From: Isurus oxyrinchus
Lineage: Eukaryota
Assembly (NCBI GenBank): GCA_026770705.1
Contig: JANJGN010000038.1
Coordinates: 4,712,001 to 4,776,000, forward strand
Length of the DNA stretch: 64,000 nt
Direction: 5' to 3'
The notes under the pieces were generated by a model. That model had not been told where the DNA came from. It saw only the letters and a program-made list of their open reading frames with translations, and made no database searches. The first letter of the stretch is position 1, and each line of letters opens with the position of its first letter. This document shows, in pieces, positions 48,990-61,261 of this stretch. The position numbers and the translations under genes were made by a program.

Positions 48990-50590
48990 TAATGTGGCTC
49001 CCTTTCCCTTCTGGAATGAGGAACCAATCAGTAGCCATCCATCATCAGCCTCTCTGCCTGCTTGGACGTCAACTCACGACGAAAACTCTGTAAATGAAAC
49101 GCCAATGCTATGGGTATTGGCTTGTGTCCTATTTCTGTTTGGCTTTTGGATGGATTTGTAGCAGAATTATTGATCCAGTCCCACTCAAGCACCTCCATCA
49201 CACTTTTGCCTGGTATATTCATGACCAGATCAGTATTGATCTCGTTCAACCCCCAAACTGGAAAATGAGGTTACGTTTGCTTTGGAATGTAACCCTCCCC
49301 ATGCACTTACTTGCTCCATGTTTGAAATTTATATTTCCTTCTGCAGCTTTGATGTGGACACATCGGGGAATTGGCTATGGCCCAATATTCAACAGAAGCT
49401 CACCAACAACCAGCTATCTTGAATACACATCCATGCACATCGTTTACTGGAAAGGAACTTTTCCGTTCTCTCAGAATCTCAGTTTCTGCTGAATATGTTC
49501 GATTATCCCTTCTAGCTCTCTCCAATAGAGCTTCCAATTACTTCAGCCGAGTATTTCCAGCGCACCGTGGTTGACAGAACGCAGTGCCGTACATGTAACA
49601 TGTCTCACACTTCTGCTTTCACACCTTCTCCCCCTCCAGGATCCACAGTAGGCTTCTCCTTGCCCTTGCCTACCATTCCACACATCTCTTGTATCATTTG
49701 GTCCACCTCTGCATTTTCAAACTCATCCGGCATGTTGTCACTGCCCAATATGCCCAACTCACTTCTACTATTTAACATTGAGAATGGGTCTTTGCTCCAC
49801 TCTGCACTTGTCTCCTCCAAAGTCAATCCAACCCTTCCTTTTCCGAAGAACGTTCCCATGCACGCAATGAACATGCAACGCCAGCCCCTGTCTCCATGCC
49901 CTTCTCTCTGTCCTACGTCCCAAACAATGCTTCTAAATGGAAAATCGATTTGTTTGAACTTCTGTCCATTGAGTATACCCTGTTCACTGCTCAATATGCA
50001 GCCTGCTCCACATTCTGGAGGTTAAATGTAGATTGGTGATAATTTCTCAGGTACATCCATTCGGTCCACAAGTGTGATCTTCTGGTCACTTGTCACCCTA
50101 ATTATCTGTTCCATTCTCACTTTGACATGACTGTCATTGAACCCTCCTACTGCTCCAAGGAAATGGAACCTGTGCTCCAGGAGTAAAATCTCATATTTCC
50201 TTAAGGCACTTTCTAGGCTTTTGGATTTTCCATAAATTTCAACAATCGTGATCACACGATTTTTCTTCCTTCTTTGCTCTTTGTTATTGCGTTGGGAAAA
50301 CATCTCTTGATTTTGATTCTGTTATAAACAGTTTGCCATCTTTTAGACATTCCTCTTCTGCTTTTCCTTGTTCCACTTTGACTTCCACCATCACTGCTTT
50401 TGTCATTTGATTTCTCCTGTTTTCCCATTTACCAGAAGCATCTCCTTTTGAACCTTTTTCCCCGAAAACCGTTTTTTGCCTCTACACTTGCATTAAAACT
50501 GTTCCATCTGTAACTTTTGACTGATCTGATGAAAGGTCACATGCTGCCGGATATCTTGAGTATTTCCATCGTTTCCTGTTTAATTCCATT
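48990..50590 (+). mobile_element. Old Penelope-like element (RT C-terminus, GIY-YIG, pseudo-LTR)
   Basis: FPFSQNLSFC (cf. IPFSQFLRLRRIC), decayed GIY-YIG region ~50090-50230, terminus ctgatgaaaggtca..atgctg..gagtatttcca. Confidence 0.7.
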
Positions 50591-50612
50591 CAGGGTGTTT
50601 ACATTCAGTGTA

Positions 50613-51565
50613 GAAATGTGCAGCTCGGCACGGTTATATTCACTGTGCGCATGCCTGGTTTGGCATGGTTACTTCCATTGTGGACTAGTTCAATTCAGTT
50701 AGTGTAGCCATGTCAATCCCGGCAATAACGAAAGTGCACAGGTGTGTGAATTTACATTTTGTGTGGCAAGATCCAGTTCAGGACGTGTGTGCTTGGTGCT
50801 TTCAGTCTAAGCTCAGTCCACTCACATTCAGAGAAGACAACCTCCTGTTGAGCATGATTAAATTAATGATGGAGCACTCCAAATCAACATGGTTATATGC
50901 CATGTAGAAAGTCCTGTTCAGCTCGTTAGCAATCACTGTTTAGTGGAAAACCAGTTTAGGGGATTATCACGCTGGTGTGACTGTCCAGTTCAGTAAATTG
51001 CATTCACTGCATTCAGGTTAAATTGTGCACATCTCCACTCAGTACGAACAGGCCAATTTCTATCCTGTTACACTAAATGTACATGGACGACTTTTTGCCC
51101 GATTATTGTCAACTTTGTCCAGTGGAACACAACTACGTACAATGTGCACAGCCCCGGCTGTGAACACTTTCTTTCTTGCAGTGGAAAATTTCACTTCAGC
51201 GTGATTACATTCCATATAGAATAATCAATTTCATTACTGCTGTATTCGATGGAGACAGGACTGGCCGAGCATGGTTATGTTTCGTGTAGATTTATGAAAG
51301 TCTGCTCGGTGTTACTAAATGTGTACATGGACATTTGCATTCAGACTGGTTCAGTTCTGCATTCTTACTTTTAATTTAAGCTTCTGTGGTTCACTGTGGT
51401 GGACAGTCCCAATTGATCACTGTGAACCTTTTAATTTCCCAGCAGCTATGCTTCGTGTGCAGATGTCTTGATCAGTGAGGTTACATTCAATTTGCGTAAT
51501 TGCAGTTCTGTAGCATGATTTTCAGTGCAGACTGTTCTCGGCCGGAGAGATTTTATTCATTGTGA
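50613..51565 (+). repeat. Degenerate 35-bp tandem array (~GGTTACATTCAGTGTGGACAAGTCCAGTTCAGCAT)
   Basis: gtttacattcagtgtagaaatgtgcagctcggcac / ggttatattcactgtgcgcatgcctggtttggcat / ggttacttccattgtggactagttcaattcagtta. Confidence 0.75.
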
Positions 51566-51818
51566 TTTTCCACGACAAAATCTAGGTCTATTGTTACTGA
51601 TAAAGGAAGGTTCATAGGCAAAAGTACCAGGGGATGAGGATGTTCTGGAGACTTTGGAATTGTCTTCTCCAGAAAACAAGAGACGGCAGGGGCACTAAAT
51701 ATATTCAAGGACTAGTTAGACAAATTATTGATCGACAGGAGATCCGATGGTTACTCAGTCTGGCAGGAAAACGGAGTTAAGGCCAGGATTACATCAGTCA
51801 TAAACTCCGATGGGCATT

Positions 51819-52670
51819 ACACAGCGTTGACAACAAAATGCATCTTAGGAGAATTGAATGGAGCAGTTAACAGCAGCAACAGAGTTAAAAGTGCTCTTCA
51901 TAACAGTTAATCGATTGCAACTATTTGATAAATTTACGAATAAACATGTGGAGGGTAAACAAAAATATGGAAAAATACATACCACTATCATTTATAGTTT
52001 CACGCCAATTAGAAAATATGCTGATCTGTAATGGTTAAGCTCAAATCGCCACAAAACAACACCCTCCCACAAATTATATTCCTTCTCCCACAGTTTGCTC
52101 TTTCAGTTATCCAACAACAACCCTTCGCAATGTCCTCTTCTTAACCAAAATATTTACTGTATCACATGGCTTATTTTTGGCAGCACTTTGGATACAAAAC
52201 TTACTGTTGCTTCCTTTTGAGCCTTCTAAATACGGTGAAAAGCTGAGACCCAAATACAAATCGTGCGAATCAGCTGTCACCCCTGTCAATTGAACTGTAT
52301 TCACATTACCGATCAACAAATTAAATGAGCTTTGTACATACCACAGCCATCGCGAGTTAAATTTATGTCGATATCAATTTAAATTAACATCTAGGCATGT
52401 AAAATAAATGACCTGTTTAACTAAGAAATTCTGGTTTTAATGACATTATTGAAGTAACAATTAAACTACATTGTGCAGCATTTGTATCATTACCAAAACG
52501 TCCGTCAACACAAGGCACAGAAATCGCGGACACACATAGAACAATCTTGAATGTTTTGCTGTTGGAGGACAGCCAAACATCCGGAGAAGCTAGACAGTAA
52601 ACATCTGACCCTCATGCTTCACAGTTGAACAAACATTGAAAAGACCTAATTCCGGAAAAACAAAACGTAT
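51819..52670 (+). repeat. ~850-bp direct duplication, copy A (possible ancient GPR139-like relic)
   Basis: About 80% identical by eye to 53701-54580; strong acceptor ttccttctcccacag ending at 52093; traces EKLRPKY, TIKxIVAA. Confidence 0.85.
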
Positions 52671-52709
52671 AATTCAGATTCAGAATGTTTCCGTTTCGTA
52701 TTTTGAGTG

Positions 52710-52861
52710 GCTCAGGAAACTGACTGGAAAATAAACAGCCGTAAACCGGCTTAATACCAGTGTAATGATAATAACTTGGAGATCTGTCACCGCCATGGAC
52801 TCTGCGTATCTGGAAAGACCACATCTTCCTCGGGAACGGATCACGATAGTCAACAAGTTAG
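52710..52861 (-). pseudogene. GPR139-like exon 2 5' fragment (TM1-TM2 only)
   Basis: Acceptor (ct)n cccttacag then ANLLTIVIRSRGRCGLSRYAESMAVTDLQVIIITLVLSRFTAVYFPVSFLS; small in-frame deletion; truncated next to duplication copy A. Confidence 0.9.
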
Positions 52862-52869
52862 CTGTAAGG

Positions 52870-52879
52870 GAGAGAGAGC

Positions 52880-52914
<35 letters not shown>

Positions 52915-52915
52915 A
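52870..52915. repeat. (GA)n microsatellite forming the polypyrimidine tract of the fragment
   Basis: Direct reading. Confidence 0.95.
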
Positions 52916-53700
52916 GGGAAGAATTAGTGCTGAATCTCCCAGCTACAACGTCCGTTTGGCGGGAGAATGGTATGGCACATGGACCATCAATACTTCATTC
53001 AACGCTGGAACTGATTACTTTGCCAATGTATTAATGCTGGTCCATTTTTTATTTATATTGTCGCAGATGAAGTGGAAGTCGGAATATAAAATGACACAAA
53101 ACATTACTTTCCGACTGATGTAAATTTTATGTAATCTAGAAGTAGAAGGAATTGATCTTCATTAAATTGACAAAAGGACAACCTGAGAATGGCATAAAAA
53201 TACAGATAAAAGCTCAGTACATTTATTCATTTATAAATACAGTAAATAATAACATTATGAAACGTTAAACCGCTATAACAATGAAAGCAATCGAATGACA
53301 GGACATAAGATATGGGTAATAACGAATTCCTAATAAATATCAGAAGGAACCAAGGTACGATCAAAAAGAAAATTTGGACTTTGCCCCTGTGGAAACAAGT
53401 CAAAGCGCATCAGAGGCTTTTTTGCAGTTCAGTGATTGCAGTAGTGGAAGATCAGGTCTCGCAGCAGTAGTGTGGATTTTCAACTGATAAAACAGCAAGG
53501 CCTTGGCTTAGAGCCTCGTCAGAAGGACGACAGAATAGACAGTGCTGGACAATCTCAGGGGCATGGAGCTCGGCAATGGACACGAGATCGGAAGTAGGGA
53601 TCAAACCCAAGGCTTTCCGAATGATCACTGAGGTTTCAAAATTTAGTTGAGCTAAATAAAGTGGCTATGAGCATAATGAATTCCGGCTTCGAAGGTTATC

Positions 53701-54670
53701 ACACAGCCTTGACAACAAAGTGCACTTCTAAAGAGAATTGAATGCAGCTGTTAACCGCAGCAACGGAGTTAAAAATGGTCTTCATAACAGATCATCGACT
53801 GAAATGATTGATGTTAAAGTTACGCATTGCAAATTGAACAGCAATAAACATGTGGTGGGTAAACAATAACATGGAAAATACTTACCACTATCATTTATAG
53901 TTTCACGCTAATTAGAAAATATGGTGACGTGCAATGGTTAAGCTTAAAGCGCAGAGAAAAAATCTCTTCCACAAATTGTATTCCTTCTCCCACAGTTTGC
54001 TCATTCAGTTATACAACAACAACCCTTCGCAATGTCCTGTCCTTCTGTAAACTATTGACTGTACCACATGGTTTATTTTCGGCAGCAATTTGGATACAAA
54101 ACTTATGGTTGCTTCATTTTGATCCTTCTAAATGCAGTGAAACTCTGAGGCCCAAATACAAATCCTGCGAATCAGCTGTCACCCCCTGTCAATTCAACTG
54201 TATTCGCACGATCCATCAACAAATTAGATGAGCTTTGTACACACCGCAACCATCGTGAGTTAAATTTACATCGATATCAATGTAAATTAATATCTAATCA
54301 TTTAAAATAAATGACCCGTTTAATGAAGAAATTGAGGTGTAAATTACAATATTGAAGTAACAATTAAACTATACTATGCAGCATCTGTATCATTGCCAAT
54401 AATCCTGTCAACACAAGAAACAGAACGCCTGGGAACTCATAAATCAGTCTTGAATGTCTTGCCATTGGAGCGCAGCCAAAAACCTGTAGAAGCTACATAG
54501 TAAACATCTGACCCTCAAAGATTGACAGTTAAGCAAAGGTTGATGAGAACTAATTCCGGGAAAAAAATATGTAGAATACAATGAACAATGCCAGATAGTA
54601 CAGGAAGCTACAGAGACAAGACGCATGCCCCTGTAAAAGCCATTACCCAGACACAAAACTAGAGAGACAT
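53701..54670 (+). repeat. Duplication copy B (possible ancient GPR139-like relic)
   Basis: Aligns with 51819-52670; traces IDCTTWF......D, TLRPKY, AITQTQ (cf. AVTQTQFR). Confidence 0.8.
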
Positions 54671-55352
54671 AGCTCAGCCATCTTTAGGATACAAAGGGTT
54701 GAGTTATGAGAGAATTCCCTTTAAAAGTTAAGACAAATGTACACTGTACTATTGAGAAATTATATTGGATTTTAAGAATAACTTCTTCAAATCAATATTT
54801 GTTTGAATATCCAGATTGTTCAATGCAGTGGATTTATAATTTTATGCTATCTTACATAGGACTGCTAGGTTATATTCGATGATATAGTATTGATATAGAT
54901 ATGAGTTGTAGCCTCATACTGAAATTCTCACGAACCCACATATAAGTAACAATATCAGAGAAATTGTAAGTTTGTTTTCTAAGTGCGGATATTGGTAAAC
55001 GTTTAAAGAGTTTTTTTCTTACTGTAATATACCTGTAGTAATATTCTACCCTGGTATAATTTTTCTGGTTCGAAAACTCTGAGGAGTGAAGATATTTTAT
55101 TTCGGGTCCACGTTTATAGCTCGTAAAGCTGACTATATTATTTTAATGATCTATTTCTTTCTGAGATGAGGTTTTAAGCCAACAATAACATTCAGTGGGT
55201 TGGTTTAACTTTCCGTGTGGTAAAGTGAGTAAAACCATAAACAGGCAGCCATAAAACCTCTTACCAATTTCTTTATAATCTAATTTACATCATCATCCAA
55301 AATCGACTTCATTAATTCTTCTTTGTAAAGATAGGGTATTAATAGAAGATGA

Positions 55353-55390
55353 CGTTTTTGTACAGCGTTCTCGCTCCTTGCTACACTGTG
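55353..55390 (-). other. Recombination signal sequence: CACAGTG - 22 bp - ACAAAAACG
   Basis: Perfect heptamer 55390-55384, nonamer 55361-55353 (8/9), directly after YFCAV. Confidence 0.95.
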
Positions 55391-55707
55391 TGTACAGCAC
55401 AGAAGTAGGTGGCAGTGTCTGTGAGACTCAAGGCTGAGATGGTCAGGGAGTTGCTTTTCAACAAACTTCGAATGATGGCTCTAAAGTCATTGTTTGCCGA
55501 CACCATTAACAGCAGCTTTGGGCTCTGGTTCGGAGACTGAACGTACCAATATATCACAGAGAATGGGATGGTTTTGCAGCAGTGTATCAACATCGTTTTC
55601 TGTTCACCCGGATTCTGTAATGGATAAATTTGTATAACATCTTCTTTACATTTAACACACAAAGTGATCACTAGAGCAAAGCCACCAGCTCTAATCTGTC
55701 CCAACAT
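55391..55707 (-). CDS. T-cell receptor alpha/delta-type V segment, open frame, apparently intronless leader, short CDR2 region
   Basis: Signal-like MLGQIRAGGFALVITLCVKC; C..WYVQSPNQSPKLLL...SLTISALSLTDTATYFCAV; RSS follows. Confidence 0.88.
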
Positions 55708-58409
55708 GTATCTCAGAACATAGGAGCAGCTGTTTGACTTTCAACTCTACAGCCCTGCTCCATATTCAATTAGTTATCATTTCGTCTGATGCATAAATTT
55801 ATTTGCTTTCCTTAGCCCAATACCCCATGATGTAATTGTGCTTAGCTAAGGAACCTCTTGGAAATATAGCGAAAGAAATACAAAAAATTGTGTTTGTGTG
55901 TGTAGTCATTCATTCTTGTTTGAGTTAATAAAGAGGTAAGATACCCCTTGAGAAAATAGAGCCTAAATGTGGCAGAGGACAAGGGAGCCTGCTGGGACTG
56001 TTGCAGGATGAGCAGCGACAGAGTTTATCAAGGCAATTGGGCACATAAGAAGAAAACTGGGTTTCATTTCTAAAGGGAGGAAAGCTGAAAATCAGAAAAG
56101 TTGCTTTTCTGATACACTGAACTTCGTTAGGTCACACGTGAATCTCTGTCCTAAGTTCTAGTTTCTATTTCGATGCATTTGTTTTTAATCTCATGACCCG
56201 AATTTTGAGATCATACCGGCCAGATACCATGACAAGATTTGTCTCGTATATCTAGAAATGAATAAAGTGGGTTTTGCCCCTATAATAGCCTTTGGGTTAC
56301 AGAAGTATTCGAGAAAACATATATAAGGAAAACGTCTCTACTTGTGGGAGATACTAGAAGTAGTAGCATACATATAAGATAGATGAAGAGTTGTACGGGA
56401 ATTCTCTTACTTAGCGTAATCAGATGCACAGACTTGTTGGGCTGAGCACCCTGTTTCTGTGCTGCATATCCTGTCTAACTACTTAACGCTTCGAATGGAG
56501 TCAAGAGCTTCGGATTCACAACCTTCTCCATGGAAGAAATTCAGTTTTCCCTCAAAAATAGCCTACCTCTAATTTTAAGATTATATACGCTCGTCCTTTA
56601 TTCTCCTATAAGAAGATTTTTTTTCTGTATCTACCCTGTCAAACAGTTAAACAGTAAACCACCTCTAACAGGTCTCCTTTCAAGACTCGATGGTCAATGG
56701 AATACAACGGACAATTCTGCAACCCTTCCCCATAATTGCATATCATATCTCCTGCATCCTGCTGGTGAATCTGTGCTGTATTAACTAGGAAGCAAATTAA
56801 TGTTGCCTTTGGTGAGGCGCAGAGAGTTGAATGCATTCATGCAGATACCGTCTGACCAGACAACTGAAGTCTAACTTTTGCTGCTCCATGTCCCAGTTAC
56901 CTTCTATAAGGACTCACTTTGTTTTCGCCATTCTGATGGTATTTTCTGTCCCTCTACTCGCTTTCAATGATTGTAAAAGTGGACACTTAAGCCTCTTTAA
57001 ATTCCTTCCTTTCTCCACGTTTAGGTTTTGGAGGTTCAAGGTGAAAGCCCTCACACCTGCACACAGTAAACTCAATCTGCCACATTGTATCCATTCATTT
57101 ATTCCGTCAACTTCCTCATACAGCCACATACATAATTTAATTAAATATGCAATCTTGGGTGTATAATTTACTTTCATTTACTCCAGGTCATTAATAATGT
57201 TCGTAATAACTATGCTTACATATTTGGAGGGACAAAATGTAATAAAATCTTGCACATTCTGTCAGTATTGTTTTACACATTTAAATACTCACATGTTATA
57301 AAACTGACTGGAATGGACACTAATATCAATCTGAAATGTTCTTGCATCATGTGCATTGAAAGGGCCTAGATTCTGCTCAAAGTATTGTTGCAGAATTAGA
57401 GAAATGTAAGAGGGACTAAAGGATAGGCTGGACCTGCTTCATTGATTCATACATCCGAAAATCAAACGCACCGACAGCTTCTCCCGCATGTTACTTCGCC
57501 ATTGCTGGTCACGAGGGTAAGTTCCATCATTTAGGAAAGGAAGTAATACTCAGTGCAGCGCCGCCCTCAAATACAGCCCCGAGGTTATTGCTGGCGGGTT
57601 CAGCAGCCGAGGTTTTATACATTAGCGTGACAGAAATTCGACCCGCATCACAATAAGAGACTCGTGTTTCCCTTAAAATCAATAATATATATTATTTCAA
57701 TGATAATTTTCTCATTGATCTGCTGACACTGCAGGAACAATTGATCAGGACTGTCTGATTTCTAAGCGTTCGGCTTTTTAAAAAAAATGTCTTTATTTGA
57801 AATATCACCGAGTGGATATAGGATATTTTCGTACATTTTGGAAAACGCGCATGAAATTTTGAATGTTGATCTGCTTTATATTACATGAAGTTTCCAGAAG
57901 ATATCTTATAGTATTGTTCACCATCTCTGGGGTATTAAAAACAAATTGTGTTTGAGACACTTTTTACAGCACTCAGTGTGACAATAGCAAAAAGTGCCTG
58001 CCATGCTTAAGCTATTACGAGTGACGATCCACAGATGAGTCAACATTAGTACATTCTTCCTAACGCTGATTAACAAGCAGTGAATTGTTGGTCCGGGGAA
58101 CAAAGCAGACATGGGCCCCATTTAAAGTCAACTATTATCTGCTTCCATTTTTAAAACTGCAAACACTTACATTTTGTTTGTTATTATTACTGGTTAGAAT
58201 GCAAACCAGTTAGGACTTTTAAAGCAACTTTTTTTGGTTTAGCTTTTCAACCGGGCCGTATCTCTGCAGTGATGAGTGTTCGCAAGCACAAATCCAAAGA
58301 GCTACACGGACAATCATGGTCCGGAGGTGTATTTACATAGTTTTATATGTTAATTACGTGAATAAGTCATAGAAATATTCACGCATTAATGACAGAAAAA
58401 TGTCTCATA

Positions 58410-58580
58410 TTTAACATTAAATTAGCTCGCCTTCGGCACTGAGCATGGAGACGGAGTCTTGTTGCATGTAATTTATGTGCCTTTTGGGAAGCCCAGGACG
58501 ATTTGTTTGTCCTCTTTCTCAACACAAGCAGGTGTACCTCCAGTTGCTCGTTGTCCAGCTCAGGCTCTTTGAGCGTGAAG
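58410..58580 (-). mobile_element. Possible Myb/SANT-like remnant of a PIF/Harbinger transposon
   Basis: PELDNEQLEVHLLVLRKR...W..KAHKLHATRLRLHAQCRRRANLM resembles FSxxELEVLL...WxxIAxxVNA....RxxxQCRKRxNDL. Confidence 0.35.
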
Positions 58581-58769
58581 AAACGCTCAGGCCACATGGA
58601 AGGCTGAGAATCTTCGAGACCGCACATTAGGATAATTTCAATTGGTTTTCGGGCCATAATGTCTAGCTTTGCAGATTATTGGAAGTTATGCAATCCACCA
58701 GTGACATGGGAAATAATTGACGCATTCTGGTGATACAGACAATCACATAACAGGTAACACTTATCTCGG

Positions 58770-59265
58770 AGAAGTATTAAATTATCCATTTTGGTAGGTA
58801 GAGTGAGGAAAGGTAATATGGATTAAATACGCGATCTTATCGGGGCAAGAGCTCCTGGAGTTATATGAAACCAAAATTTGTAGGTCACAGGACGAACAGA
58901 GATGGCTGCTCAGGATCATAGATTTCCTAATAGAGGAATGATTTTCCTCTAAGCCTTTGTCAAATACTGGGTGCTAGTCCAGACTTAGGGTTTTTGGTGT
59001 AATTAATATGTTACGTGCTAACTAAGAGATCGGCCACTTAGAACTGAGGTCGCAATAAATGTTCACACTCAGATAATTGTGAATCATTGGAAATCTCGAC
59101 CGCAAATGGACTGTATGTTTATTCAAGACTGATATCGAGAAATCAAAGACAATCAAATAAATGTTGCAAGGAATTTCAGTCAATAATTTTAGTCCGGATT
59201 CTAGCGAGTGACAAAGGAGCCTGGAGTGTCAGAATAACCTAATCTTGCTTCTGTATCTTATCTAT
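58770..59265 (+). mobile_element. Decayed CR1 LINE 3' portion
   Basis: ttatccattttggtagg, ttagaactgaggtcgcaataaatgttcacactcag..gtgaatcattggaa, ttcaagactgatatcga. Confidence 0.65.
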
Positions 59266-60784
59266 TTTATCCATATGAATAGGATAGAAAAAAATATTAA
59301 TTCTAACATTCTCTGCTCGTTTTCGTCATCTAGAATAGAACAGAGATGGTAATGTGTGGGATCTGTTTCGTCCTGATGCCTTTGTGAGACATGTGACAAA
59401 TATGGCAGACATTTCCTTTTATCGATGTGTTGTAATTTTAGTGAATGGTCTCCCTTTATGTTAAATTTATGTTATCTGACAATTTAATAAGTTCAAGGCC
59501 ATATGTTTGCATTCATAGTCATCACCCATACATAGAAAAATAATATTGATAACAATTTCTCATATAGATTTTCAAAGGACTTTCTGCAGGTTTAAAATGT
59601 AATACCTATAAAATGTAATACCTATGAAGGCAGATATAGGATAAACAAACTACGTATGAAAACATATTTCATGATGTTTTAACATAATGCAATTTAAATT
59701 TATGGGTTTCAACATTATTGCCATTGTTTGTGATGCATCATTAAATTCGATTTTCCACCTGGCTGAAATCCGTCTCCACTTGTTTCTGAGTGTTTTAATG
59801 AACAGAAGCGCATCATTAACAATGTTAACGGTATGAATTTTAGAATAGCACTGAAATTAGTCATCGGTTTGGCACTGATTTTTTTTTCTGAGTTCAGGTG
59901 TAGTTTCTACGCTTTGAAAGTTTGAAGTTGCAGAAGAATTTTATTCATCATTTTCATTTAATAGAGTGTTTCGGGCAACACAAGTTTCTGGGGAATTCCT
60001 ATTACAGCTCCCTGGTTGAAGAGGACTGGCTGATGCGTACCTGCCCTAACATCAACCCTTTGACCATTACTTTCTCTCTTGTTACATGTTACGTGTTCCA
60101 GACATTACTTCACCAGGTTTAGCTGCGAAAAAAATCAGTTTTAGCAAGGATCACTCGAAATACTTTGCCCTTGGCTGAACTGCCAATCTAATCATTCAAC
60201 GGACGACAATTACAGCGCCAAACAGGGACTCCCTGCATTTCTTATGTCACCTGCCTCGATGGAAGCATTTTCTGAAGTTATACCGTATGGACCTGAAGGT
60301 TACCACATACCCAAGAGAGATGAAGACAAGCTCATTCCTGACTTATCTACAGTAAGCAAAGTGACCTCCCATGCAAATAAATCTGATCTTGATTGAACTG
60401 ATCTCCCTTCACCGTTTGGAAATGCTTTCAGTTAAACTATGCGTTACTCACTGCAACTCACGTCATCAACAAAGTTTTTTTTTAAAATCACTATAATGTA
60501 AATCCAGTCCTTGCTGAAGTCTTTCTTTGCTATTTCACTAGAGATGCACCAGAGAAATATGACTTTCATGTTTGGATCGATAACTTGGAAACTAAATCGA
60601 ACTCAATCCACTCTATAGGCCATGTTGATACATTTGGGGCTTTGGTACAGTTTGCAAATATTTATCTGAACCGCTATATTATATTTGTCCTGTGACTCTG
60701 ACAGCACACCGTAGTGTTGTTCTTCTCACTACCAGGCTCCACAGTCGCAATGAGAGCTTACCTCCAAGTCAAAAGGGCCCATCA

Positions 60785-60823
60785 AGTTATTGTACAAGTG
60801 TCGGGCTGGTTCTAATTGCTGTG
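60785..60823 (-). other. Recombination signal sequence: CACAGCA - 23 bp - ACAATAACT
   Basis: Heptamer 60823-60817, nonamer 60793-60785. Confidence 0.85.
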
Positions 60824-61261
60824 AGCGTCAATACGCAGTAATACATAGGCTGCGTCAGAGAGCCGCAGTTTGGAGAATTTTAAGGTAATGATGATATTCG
60901 TAGTGACCAGTACAGACGAGAAAAGACTTCGAGCAGAATGTGCTCTCATTTGGCAACCAGTCGAAACCCTGCGAAGTAGAATTTGTGATTCTTTGCCCGG
61001 GTATTGCAGGACCCAGAATAAACTGAAGGAACCTTTGGTACTGAAATAGATGCAGTCTGAAATTGTAATGCCTCTTTTTGTCCAAACCACTGTCAGGAGG
61101 CGTTGTGTCACAGAGATTTCCTGAGTCAGACCAGCTTTAAAAGGAAAATGCAAAAGCTATCCCATTTATAAAGTGCTGTTACGTTTGGTTCAAAATTACT
61201 ACCAAGAATACTTATCCATGATAAGTGCTCCAAATACGGCACCGAAAAAGAGTAAGCGCAC
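60824..61261 (-). pseudogene. TCR alpha/delta V pseudogene (leader exon 61261-61216, 81-nt intron, V exon 61134-60824)
   Basis: Leader (V)RLLFFGAVFGALIM with ATG>GTG and donor GT>AT; V exon SVTQ..C..LFWVLQYPGK..LRLSDAA then +1 frameshift before MYYCVL. Confidence 0.9.

Noticed and set aside
49094-50303. Several 90-150-aa ORFs on both strands
   Set aside because: Lie within a decayed Penelope element; no independent gene structure
52155-52215. IYCITWLIFGSTLDTKLTVAS resembling a germline-joined V-J or a J segment
   Set aside because: FGxG motif broken by extra residues in both duplicates, no valid 12-spacer RSS, no splice donor and no upstream V framework; a GPCR TM3 relic explains it at least as well
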